DNA of 19,982 bases from Clostridiales bacterium (lineage in GTDB: Bacteria; Bacillota; Clostridia; Christensenellales; UMGS416): assembly GCA_012515725.1 (NCBI GenBank), contig JAAYXU010000262.1, positions 1-19,982 on the forward strand, given 5' to 3'. A program made the translations under genes and the position numbers. The notes below the pieces were generated by a model that searched no databases, was not told where the DNA came from, and worked only from the letters and a program-made list of their open reading frames with translations. This document shows, one piece after another, positions 1 to 9,966 of this stretch (the stretch's first letter is position 1; each line of letters begins with the position of its first letter).

Positions 1-1
1 T

Positions 2-352
2 ATTACCCCCGAGCGGCTGCGATTCGACTTCAATTTCCCGCGGAAGGTAGAGCCCGGGGAGCTTGCCCGCATCGAGGAGTGGGTCAACGCAGCCATCGCC
101 GCCGATGTACCCATTACCTGCGACGAAATGTCGGTCGAGGCAGCGCAGAATACGGGTGCCGTGGGCGTATTCGGCAGCCGCTACGGCGATGTGGTCAAAG
201 TATTTACGATGGGAGACTACTCCAGGGAAATATGCGGCGGGCCGCACGCCTCGCGAACCGGAGAACTGGGCGTATTCAAGATACAAAAGGAGCAGGCCGT
301 GAGCGCCGGTGTCCGACGCATCCGCGCTATCCTGAGTAATCCCGAACAGTAG
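2..352 (+). CDS. 3' part of an AlaX-type alanyl-tRNA editing protein (tRNA synthetase class II second additional domain); 5' end lies outside the window
   Basis: Frame 2 is open from the window edge. Its translation carries AlaRS editing-domain hallmarks: LRFDFNF, ...EAAQNTGAVGVFGSRYGDVVKVFTMGDYSREICGGPHASRTGELGVFKI...SAGVRRIRA. The ORF stops about 25 aa after GVRRI, with no C-Ala/DHHA1 extension, so it is a stand-alone AlaX-like protein rather than full AlaRS. Confidence 0.6.
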   Translation: MTPERLRFDFNFPRKVEPGELARIEEWVNAAIAADVPITCDEMSVEAAQNTGAVGVFGSRYGDVVKVFTMGDYSREICGGPHASRTGELGVFKIQKEQAVSAGVRRIRAILSNPEQ

Positions 353-416
353 GGGATGGTACGAACCGCCTGACGCGCTCTTTAGCCGCGGTTGCCGACA
401 GTTGGGAGGCGTATCG

Positions 417-446
417 TTGACAGCGCCATCCGCGGACGTTTACTAT
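417..446 (+). promoter_or_regulatory. Candidate sigma-A promoter for the nfeD-flotillin operon: TTGACA-N17/18-TTACTA/TACTAT
   Basis: TTGACA at 417-422 is perfect. TTACTAT at 440-446 follows a 17-18 nt spacer, about 30 nt upstream of the purine-rich SD and ATG 477. Confidence 0.4.
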
Positions 447-476
447 GAAGCGGAAGACGGGGGAAGGGGGGAGGAC

Positions 477-1139
477 ATGCTCTGGTGGAACGGACTATCT
501 TCGCTGCAGCAGTTTTTTTATGTGATCGCGATCCCGGCGACCGTATTGCTGCTCATTCAGACCATACTGCTTTTCTTCGGGTTCGGCGATGAGGATTCGG
601 ACGGTGATGTGGACGCCAGCGCGGACGGCATTCCCGACGACCTGCCCGATGGGGACGCCGCATTTGAAATGGACGCGGACGATATCGGAGGGGTTTCGGG
701 CGCGGACGCCGCCGATCTGCGGCTTTTCTCTGTGCGTGGCATCATATCGTTTTTCGTCGTCACGGGCTGGTGCGGGGTGATTTTTTCTTCATTCATGCCG
801 CCGTGGCTTACGGTGCTGCTGGCGCTCGTTCTGGGGGCCGCCGGACTTTATCTGACGGCAAAGCTTTTCCAGTGGTCGCGCATGCTGCAAAGCAGCGGAA
901 ACATACGGCGGGTCCGGGCCGTTGGCCAGATCGCCGAGGTTTATATCCCGGTCCCCGCGTCCCGCAGGGGCACAGGCAGGATCATGGTACTCATACAGGA
1001 ACGGCTGACCGAGCAGGAAGCTATTACTGACTCCCGGCAAACGCTGCCCACCGGATCGCAGGTAATCGTGCGGCAGGCGCTGCACGACGGACTGCTGCTG
1101 GTGGAGCCCATCAGGCAGGACAGGAACATAAAAGGATAG
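477..1139 (+). CDS. NfeD-like membrane protein (N-terminal TM helices, poly-acidic loop, C-terminal OB-fold domain), partner of the downstream flotillin
   Basis: ATG 477 follows the long purine-rich tract GGGGGAAGGGGGGAGGA. The N-terminal hydrophobic helix (FFYVIAIPATVLLLIQTILLFF) is followed by a roughly 45-aa D/E-rich loop and two further TM helices. The C-terminus (GQIAEVYIPV...GRIMVLIQERL...GSQVIVRQ) resembles the NfeD OB-fold. It sits immediately upstream of an SPFH gene with a 13-nt gap. The TTG at 402 proposed by the ORF track has no SD. Confidence 0.6.
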   Translation: MLWWNGLSSLQQFFYVIAIPATVLLLIQTILLFFGFGDEDSDGDVDASADGIPDDLPDGDAAFEMDADDIGGVSGADAADLRLFSVRGIISFFVVTGWCGVIFSSFMPPWLTVLLALVLGAAGLYLTAKLFQWSRMLQSSGNIRRVRAVGQIAEVYIPVPASRRGTGRIMVLIQERLTEQEAITDSRQTLPTGSQVIVRQALHDGLLLVEPIRQDRNIKG

Positions 1140-1152
1140 AGGAGGTATTTGA

Positions 1153-2517
1153 ATGGGTGAATGGATCATAGGTATCACTGTCATCGCGGTACTCTTTCTA
1201 ACGACCATCATCATGATACTGAGGCGGTACCGCAAATGTCCCTCGGACAAGATACTGGTCATATACGGCAAGGTGGGCGAGGATCGGTCGGCCAAGTGCA
1301 TCCACGGAGGCGCTAGCTTCATATGGCCGGTGATCCAGAGCTATCAGTTCCTGGATCTGACCCCCATGTCGATCGAGGTCAACCTGACCAACGCGCTCAG
1401 TCGGCAGAATATCCGCATTGACGTGCCTTCCCGGTTCACTGTAGGTATATCCACCGAGGAGGGTATCATGCAGAACGCCGCCGAGCGGCTGCTGGGCCTC
1501 AACCTCAAGGAGATACAGGAGCTGGCAAAGGACATCATATTCGGTCAGCTGCGTCTAGTCGTCGCCACAATGGACATCGAGGAGATCAATACCGATCGGG
1601 ATAAGTTTCTGGCGGCGGTGTCGAGTAATGTGGAAACGGAACTCAAAAAAATAGGCCTTCGGCTCATTAATGTGAACGTAACCGATATTAACGACGAGTC
1701 CGGCTACATAGAGGCCCTGGGCAAGGAGGCCAGCGCCAAGGCTATCAACGACGCCCGCAAGAGCGTCGCAGAGAGAGACCGAGACGGCGCGACCGGAGAG
1801 GCCAACGCTAACCAGGAGAAAAGGATCAACGTTGCCCGCGCCAACTCGATCGCCGTGCAGGGCGAGAACGAAGCAAAGGTCACGATCGCGGAGTCTGAGG
1901 CGCTGCGGCGTGAGAAAGTCGCCGAAGCCGAGCGCCGTGCGGCTGCCGCCGAGAAGGTGCAGCAGGCAAAGGCGATGGAGGAAGCCTATCTGGCGCAGCG
2001 GGAGGCCGAGATTGGCCGCGCACGGCTGGAGCAGGCCACGCGGGAGGCAGACGAAATCGTCAAGGCCGAGATTGATAAGCGCACCGTTGAGATCGCGGCC
2101 GAGGCCGAGGCCGAGAGGGTACGCCGAAACGCGCGGGGCGAGGCCGACGCGATATACGCGAAGATGGAGGCGCAGGCCCGCGGTATTGAGGAGTTGCTCG
2201 GCAAGCAGGCCGAGGGTTTCAGCCGCATCGTGGCCGCGGTAGGCGGTAACGCCGCAGACGCAGTGCGTCTCATGATCGCCGACAAGATGGAGGATCTGGT
2301 TCGGGTGCAGGTCGAGGCCATCAAGAATCTTAAGATCGACAAGGTCACCGTCTGGGATAGCATGCAGGGCGGAAAGCCCGCGACCGCCGGTTTCCTTTCG
2401 GGCATGCTTGGCGCGGTGCCCCCGCTCAAGGAGATGTTCAACATGGCAGGCATGGAGCTTCCTGAGTATCTGGGCAAGGACAAGGAAGACAAATCCGGCG
2501 CGGAAGCGGATCAATAG
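1153..2517 (+). CDS. Flotillin-like SPFH/Band-7 protein (YqiK/FloT family) with a long E/A-rich coiled-coil
   Basis: GGAGG lies 8 nt upstream of ATG 1153. It has an N-terminal TM segment and an SPFH core (PMSIEVNLTNALSRQNIRIDVPSRFTVGI...). A long EA-repeat coiled-coil follows (AEAERRAAAAEKVQQAKAMEEA...EIAAEAEAERVRR). The gene order with NfeD is typical. Confidence 0.85.
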   Translation: MGEWIIGITVIAVLFLTTIIMILRRYRKCPSDKILVIYGKVGEDRSAKCIHGGASFIWPVIQSYQFLDLTPMSIEVNLTNALSRQNIRIDVPSRFTVGISTEEGIMQNAAERLLGLNLKEIQELAKDIIFGQLRLVVATMDIEEINTDRDKFLAAVSSNVETELKKIGLRLINVNVTDINDESGYIEALGKEASAKAINDARKSVAERDRDGATGEANANQEKRINVARANSIAVQGENEAKVTIAESEALRREKVAEAERRAAAAEKVQQAKAMEEAYLAQREAEIGRARLEQATREADEIVKAEIDKRTVEIAAEAEAERVRRNARGEADAIYAKMEAQARGIEELLGKQAEGFSRIVAAVGGNAADAVRLMIADKMEDLVRVQVEAIKNLKIDKVTVWDSMQGGKPATAGFLSGMLGAVPPLKEMFNMAGMELPEYLGKDKEDKSGAEADQ

Positions 2518-2531
2518 AGCGGACGATTATA

Positions 2532-2562
2532 AGGGCGCGTCTTCGGACAGCGCCCTTTTTTC
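2532..2562 (+). terminator. Rho-independent terminator of the nfeD-flotillin operon
   Basis: AGGGCGCGTC-TTCG-GACAGCGCCCT is a GC-rich stem with a TTCG tetraloop. TTTTTT follows directly, 15 nt after the flotillin stop. Confidence 0.75.
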
Positions 2563-2776
2563 TTGCTCGATGCGTGAGTACGCCCAAGTATCCGCTTTTT
2601 CGGGAGGTAGAATCCCAATCGAGTGAAACGATACAAATATGATAAGTAAAACTAAAACACGAATGGTACAGGTTAGAGTGGCAGTTGATGGAACGAGAAA
2701 GGTGTAACGGTACACACGCGCTTCATACTTTCCGCGAAGTGTTATAAATACTGTAATCGGTTTCATCCAACCCTCG

Positions 2777-2805
2777 TTGCGTTCACCACCTGATCATGCT
2801 AAAAT
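2777..2805 (+). promoter_or_regulatory. Candidate sigma-A promoter of secA: TTGCGT-N17-(TGc)TAAAAT, an extended -10
   Basis: TTGCGT at 2777-2782, a 17-nt spacer ending in TGC, then TAAAAT at 2800-2805, about 32 nt upstream of secA ATG 2838. It lies at the 3' edge of a 250-bp AT-rich island. Confidence 0.45.
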
Positions 2806-2837
2806 AGGGAAGATATTTGGATTGGAGCGCAGCACTG

Positions 2838-5531
<2,694 letters not shown>

Positions 5532-5554
5532 GCCGCCGAAAATGAGGAATCACT

Positions 5555-6679
5555 ATGTACCAGTTGGATCAGGCGATCCTGCGTCTCCATGAAATCGATC
5601 GATTGATCGCCGAAGCCGGTGACGGGCTGAATCTGCCCGCCATGAAGAACGAGCTGGAGGAGCTGCACGCCGAGATGGCAGCTCCTGATTTCTGGAGCTC
5701 TCTGGAGAGGGCGCAGCGGGTTAATAAGAGGGTGAAGCTCCTGGAGCGCCGCATCGATCATTTCGAGAAGGTCGCCGCTCGCTCGAATAATACCCGGGAA
5801 ATGATCGACCTTTTAGAGGAAGTGGACGACGCAGATCTGCTGGCGGAGTTGGAGCAGGAAATGGAAGCGCTCTACGTCGAAGCGGAGGAGATGGCGCTTG
5901 CGACGCTGCTGACCGGGCCCTACGATGCGAACAACGCGATCCTTTCTCTGCACGCCGGAGCCGGGGGCACCGAGGCGCAGGACTGGACGCAGATGCTCTA
6001 CCGGATGTATATCCGCTGGTGCGAACGCCGCGGCTATACGCTCAGAGCGCTCGACTATCTCGAGGGCGACGAGGCCGGTATAAAGAGCGTTACGTTCATG
6101 GTTGAGGGTGAAAACGCCTACGGATACCTCAAGGCCGAAAAGGGCGTGCACCGCCTGGTGCGCATATCGCCGTTCGACGCCTCTGCGCGGCGGCATACAT
6201 CATTCGCGTCGCTCGATGTAATGCCCGAGATCGAGGATGACGAGGAAATCAAGATTGAACCGGACGATCTGCGGATCGATACGTATCGCAGCAGCGGCGC
6301 GGGCGGACAGCACGTTAACAAGACGGACTCGGCGGTACGCATTACGCACCTTCCCACCGGGATCGTCGTGTCCTGCCAGAACGAGCGCTCCCAGATACAG
6401 AATCGCGAGACCGCGATGAAAATGCTCAAAGCCAAGCTGGCCGAGCTACGCGAGGAGGAGCGCATGGCCCGTATGGCAGGCATCAAGGGCGAAATCAAGA
6501 AAATTGAATGGGGTAGCCAGATACGCTCATATGTATTTCAGCCCTATACGATGGTCAAGGATCACCGCACCAACGCTGAGACCGGGAACGTTGACGCGGT
6601 CATGGACGGAGAGATCGACGATTTCATCACCGAATACCTGAAAAAAGCGCCACGGGAGGGCGGCGATGGCCTGGATTGA
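5555..6679 (+). CDS. prfB: Peptide chain release factor 2, encoded in a single uninterrupted frame
   Basis: The RF2-specific SPF motif (RISPFDASARRHTSF) and the GGQ motif (SSGAGGQHVNKTDSAVRITHLPTGIV) are present. GAGGA lies 7 nt before ATG 5555. No in-frame TGA or CUU UGA shift site occurs near codons 20-30. Confidence 0.92.
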   Translation: MYQLDQAILRLHEIDRLIAEAGDGLNLPAMKNELEELHAEMAAPDFWSSLERAQRVNKRVKLLERRIDHFEKVAARSNNTREMIDLLEEVDDADLLAELEQEMEALYVEAEEMALATLLTGPYDANNAILSLHAGAGGTEAQDWTQMLYRMYIRWCERRGYTLRALDYLEGDEAGIKSVTFMVEGENAYGYLKAEKGVHRLVRISPFDASARRHTSFASLDVMPEIEDDEEIKIEPDDLRIDTYRSSGAGGQHVNKTDSAVRITHLPTGIVVSCQNERSQIQNRETAMKMLKAKLAELREEERMARMAGIKGEIKKIEWGSQIRSYVFQPYTMVKDHRTNAETGNVDAVMDGEIDDFITEYLKKAPREGGDGLD

Positions 6680-7301
6680 CATCACGCTGCCCATAAGAGC
6701 GGGAATGGCGGTCTGGCCGGGCGATCCCCCCTGCGAGGCCGCGCCCCTGTCGCGCATAAGGGATGGCGCGGGCAGCAATGTGTCTCGCTTTACGATGAGC
6801 AGCCACTGCGGAACCCATCTGGACGCGCCCCGGCATTTTTTCGACGCGGGGGAGACGGTGGATCAGCTATCCCCGGACCTGCTGATAGGCCCGGCCTATG
6901 TGATTGATCTTGCAAATCTTAGCCGCAATATACGAGCTGACGATCTGTCGCGCCTGCCTGGCGGCGTCACGCGCCTGCTCATCCGCACCGCCAATTCGCT
7001 CTATGATGTTCCCGATCGGTTCGATCCCGGATACATCGGGCTGACCTGGGACGCCGCCGCGCTCCTTTGCGATCGGGGCGTGATGCTGGTCGGGCTGGAC
7101 GCGTGGTCGGTGGCGGCGATGGGCCCCGATCTTGCCGCGGTACACCGTATGCTGCTGGGAAGGCCAGGGGCGGCGGCGCTCGAATCGATCCGGCTGCGTG
7201 ACGTGCGGGAGGGCTGGTACGAGCTAGTGTGCCTTCCGCTCAGACTCGACGGGCTGGATGGGGCTCCAGCTCGAGCGCTCGTACGGGAGGCTGCCATATG
7301 A
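6666..7301 (+). CDS. Putative cyclase-family metal-dependent hydrolase (kynurenine formamidase-like, PF04199-type)
   Basis: The motif SSHCGTHLDAPRHFF matches the HxGTHxDAPxH signature. GGGAGGG lies 6 nt before ATG 6666. It overlaps the prfB stop by 14 nt. Confidence 0.6.
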   Translation: MAWIDITLPIRAGMAVWPGDPPCEAAPLSRIRDGAGSNVSRFTMSSHCGTHLDAPRHFFDAGETVDQLSPDLLIGPAYVIDLANLSRNIRADDLSRLPGGVTRLLIRTANSLYDVPDRFDPGYIGLTWDAAALLCDRGVMLVGLDAWSVAAMGPDLAAVHRMLLGRPGAAALESIRLRDVREGWYELVCLPLRLDGLDGAPARALVREAAI

Positions 7302-7990
7302 AAAATGCGCTTAACTGGACACTCGCCGTCGTATTCGGGTTGACGCTCATACCTGCGCTCATGCTCAGCGCGGCAGACGGCGTAATGTTCAGCGCCCAGC
7401 TATATCGCAGGGCTTATGAGAAGTACGACCGCCCGGCCGCGATCGGCATCGACGCCAACGACCTTATGGATGTTACCCAGCGTCTTCTGGGCTATATGAA
7501 GGGCCGGGAGCCTGACCTTATCATCGAAAAGGAGATAGGCGGCGTAGTCCAGGAAGTGTTTGGTGAGCGGGAGCGTCTGCACATGGTGGACGTACGGCGC
7601 CTGGTACTGGGCGCGATGCGTATACGTCTCCTGTGCGCTGCGGCCGCCGCGATGTGTCTTGCGGCGCTTGCCGTGCGGCTGCGCGGCAGAGCGGTTGCGT
7701 ACCTCGCGCGGGGATTTCTGTGGTCGCTGGCGGTTTGGGGCGCGCTGCTTACGGCGCTTGGCGTATACATGCTCGTGGATTTCTCGGACGCATTCTGGAA
7801 CTTCCATCTCCTTTTTTTCGATAACGATCTATGGTTGCTAGATCCCGCTACCGACGTCATGATAAATATGTTCCCCGAGGCCTTTTTTAACGACATGGCA
7901 CTTGCGATCGTGTGGCGGGCGGTTCTGTTCATCGCGATACCGGCGATTGGAGCGGCGCTTCTCACGCGCCGGGAGAAGACGCATGACTGA
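7298..7990 (+). CDS. Integral membrane protein, uncharacterised (resembles the Firmicute TIGR01906/DUF1461-type family)
   Basis: ATGA overlap with the cyclase stop, and GGGAGG 8 nt upstream of ATG 7298. It has an N-terminal signal-anchor (LAVVFGLTLIPALMLSA) and several later hydrophobic helices. The conserved-looking block is FWNFHLLFFDNDLWLLDP..DVMINMFPEAFF. The family assignment is from memory only. Confidence 0.45.
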   Translation: MKNALNWTLAVVFGLTLIPALMLSAADGVMFSAQLYRRAYEKYDRPAAIGIDANDLMDVTQRLLGYMKGREPDLIIEKEIGGVVQEVFGERERLHMVDVRRLVLGAMRIRLLCAAAAAMCLAALAVRLRGRAVAYLARGFLWSLAVWGALLTALGVYMLVDFSDAFWNFHLLFFDNDLWLLDPATDVMINMFPEAFFNDMALAIVWRAVLFIAIPAIGAALLTRREKTHD

Positions 7991-9065
7991 CTCTCCTGAT
8001 TTAGGTTACCGCGCCGCGGCAAACGCCGCGCTCGCGCAGATCATGCGGCGGCGGAGCGCGGACATACTGGCCATAGAAAGCTCATGTGACGAAACATCCG
8101 CCGCGGTTGTGCGCGACGGGCGCACGATACTGTCTCTAAAGATCGCCTCGCAGATCGATATCCACGTCCGGTATGGCGGCGTCGTGCCTGAAATCGCGTC
8201 CCGTATGCACATGGAGGCCATCGACGCGCTGGTGGACGCTGCGGTGGACGAAGCCGGGACGACGCTGTGCGACGTGTCAGCTATCGCAGTCACAGTCGGT
8301 CCGGGGCTGGTGGGCGCGCTGCTGGTAGGCGTGTCCCACGCAAAGGCCATGGCCTGGGCACTGCGCAAGCCGCTTGTGGGAGTGCACCATATCGAGGGGC
8401 ATATCGCCTCCAACTATATCGCGCACCCCGATCTTGTGCCTCCCTTCCTGTGCCTCATCGTATCGGGAGGCCACACGCTGCTGGCCGACGTGACCGACTA
8501 CGGCCGGTACAGGGTGCTGGGCTCCACCCGGGACGACGCCGCGGGAGAGGCTTTTGATAAGGGCGCGCGCATACTGGGGCTGCCCTATCCCGGGGGTGTG
8601 CAGATAGACCGACTCGCGCGCCAGGGTGATCCTGCGGCGTTTGACTTTCCCCGGGCGAAGCTGGGGGAGGATGCGCTGGACTTTAGCTTCAGCGGCGTCA
8701 AGACGGCGCTCATGCAGTTCGTGCGCAAGCAACCCGAAGGGTTTGCGCAGGAGCACATTCACGACCTGGCCGCCTCCTACCAGCAGGCTATCGTCGACGC
8801 GCTCGTGGATAGGACCGCGGCGGCGTGCCGGGCGGGCGGACGCAGTACCGTGGTGCTGGCGGGCGGCGTAGCAGCAAACAGCAGGCTGCGCGAATGCCTG
8901 GCGAACGCTCTTCCCACGGGCACTGTGCTGCGCTATCCGCCCGTATCGCTGTGCGCCGACAACGCGGCGATGATCGCGTCGGCCGCGTGGTACCGCCTGA
9001 TGGAGGGGGAGACCGCCGGGCTTGATATCAACGCGTCGCCGGGGCTTCCGTTTGCGGAGACGTGA
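7983..9065 (+). CDS. tsaD: tRNA N6-adenosine threonylcarbamoyltransferase TsaD (Kae1/YgjD family)
   Basis: ILAIESSCDETSAAVV, VPEIASRMH, HIEGHI and SGGHT motifs are present, plus the C-terminal GVAAN block. The start is ambiguous. ATG 7983 has the GGGAGAAG SD but gives a 20-aa N-terminal extension. ATG 8043 gives the canonical N-terminus but lacks an SD. Confidence 0.85.
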   Translation: MTDSPDLGYRAAANAALAQIMRRRSADILAIESSCDETSAAVVRDGRTILSLKIASQIDIHVRYGGVVPEIASRMHMEAIDALVDAAVDEAGTTLCDVSAIAVTVGPGLVGALLVGVSHAKAMAWALRKPLVGVHHIEGHIASNYIAHPDLVPPFLCLIVSGGHTLLADVTDYGRYRVLGSTRDDAAGEAFDKGARILGLPYPGGVQIDRLARQGDPAAFDFPRAKLGEDALDFSFSGVKTALMQFVRKQPEGFAQEHIHDLAASYQQAIVDALVDRTAAACRAGGRSTVVLAGGVAANSRLRECLANALPTGTVLRYPPVSLCADNAAMIASAAWYRLMEGETAGLDINASPGLPFAET

Positions 9066-9172
9066 GGCGGGGGATTGTCCGGATAAACGTTTTTATCCAT
9101 ATGTATTATTCTTTATAAAGAGGGAACGGCGGGGGCTTGCTCCCGCTCCGCCAATCGCATATTTCCCAGACG

Positions 9173-9201
9173 GAATACCCTAATCCCGCTGTCCATACAA
9201 T
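9173..9201 (+). promoter_or_regulatory. Candidate sporulation-sigma (sigE/sigG-type) promoter for the cwlD-like gene
   Basis: CATACAAT at 9194-9201 is an exact match to the sigE -10 consensus CATACA-T. GAATA at 9173-9177 lies 16 nt upstream and is ATA-type -35-like. It sits 30 nt upstream of the SD of a sporulation-type amidase gene. Confidence 0.35.
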
Positions 9202-9230
9202 TATAAAGAGCATGGGGGGAGGGATGGCAG

Positions 9231-9926
9231 ATGGCGGGACGCGCGATGCGGGTTGTCGGCTGGATCGCGGCGGCTCTGGCGCTCATGAGCAGCTGCGCCC
9301 GGGCCGAGCCAGCCGCGGGCGATCGGGACGTCGCGGTGGTGATCGACGCGGGCCATGGAGGCTATGATCATGGCACATCGGGAACGAGAACCGGCGTACC
9401 CGAGGATAAGCTCAACCTGCAGGTTGCAAAAAAACTGGAGCAGGCTCTCGAGAACGCCGGTTTCACTGTCGTAATGACCCGGGAGAGCGACGACATACAG
9501 TATGACCCACACAGCGGAGTATCCAGAAAAACCCAGGACATGCGTCAACGCGCCGCCGTCATCGAGAGCGCGCAGCCGGGCGTCGTCATCAGCATTCACA
9601 TGAACAAGTTCCCGGACGGGCGTTACGGCGGCCCGCAGGTATTCTACCATCAGGGCAGCGAGCAGGGAAAGCTGCTGGCGGAGGCTGTGCAGAACCAGTT
9701 CAACGCCCATATAGAGGGCAGCGACCGGGAGGCTCTGTCCAGTGGCGGTTATTACATACTGAAAGTCAGTTCGGCGCCTTCGATACTGGTCGAGTGCGGT
9801 TTTCTCTCCAACGAGCGTGATGAGAGACGGCTGCAGACCGAAACTTTCCAGCAGCAGCTGGCCGACCTCATGCTGGCGGGTCTGTTGGACTGGCTGGAAG
9901 GAAATCAGCCTGTTGCGTCGAACTAG
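9231..9926 (+). CDS. cwlD: N-acetylmuramoyl-L-alanine amidase, Amidase_3 family, CwlD-like (spore cortex lytic/germination-specific)
   Basis: GGGGGGAGGG lies 7 nt upstream. It has an N-terminal signal peptide. The motifs VVIDAGHGGYDHG, NLQVAKKLEQALENAGFTVVMTR, ISIHMN and LVECGFLSNERDERRL match the Amidase_3/CwlD pattern. The size is 231 aa. Confidence 0.7.
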   Translation: MAGRAMRVVGWIAAALALMSSCARAEPAAGDRDVAVVIDAGHGGYDHGTSGTRTGVPEDKLNLQVAKKLEQALENAGFTVVMTRESDDIQYDPHSGVSRKTQDMRQRAAVIESAQPGVVISIHMNKFPDGRYGGPQVFYHQGSEQGKLLAEAVQNQFNAHIEGSDREALSSGGYYILKVSSAPSILVECGFLSNERDERRLQTETFQQQLADLMLAGLLDWLEGNQPVASN

Positions 9927-9966
9927 AGGATAAATAGTAACGACAGACGGGAGGCAAGTACCAAAG

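Noticed and set aside
1555-2514. 319-aa ORF antisense to the flotillin gene. Similar long antisense ORFs occur at 11499-12557 (352 aa), 2799-3416, 789-1322 and 18159-18833.
   Set aside because: This is typical high-GC antisense read-through. The products are Arg/Pro/Gly-rich with low complexity and have no start context. The sense-strand genes have strong family motifs and GC3-biased codon usage.
2527-2766. 79-aa - strand ORF in the AT-rich island upstream of secA
   Set aside because: Its codon usage is AT-rich and unlike the rest of the genome. It overlaps the flotillin terminator. It is kept only as a low-probability note in a finding.
5542-5592. Short out-of-frame ORF (MRNHYVPVGSGDPASP) upstream of and overlapping the prfB start, a possible ORF0 of a frameshifted prfB
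   Set aside because: It ends in CCA UGA A rather than CUU UGA C. It has no upstream SD-like stimulator positioned for +1 shifting. The main RF2 frame is complete from its own SD and ATG.
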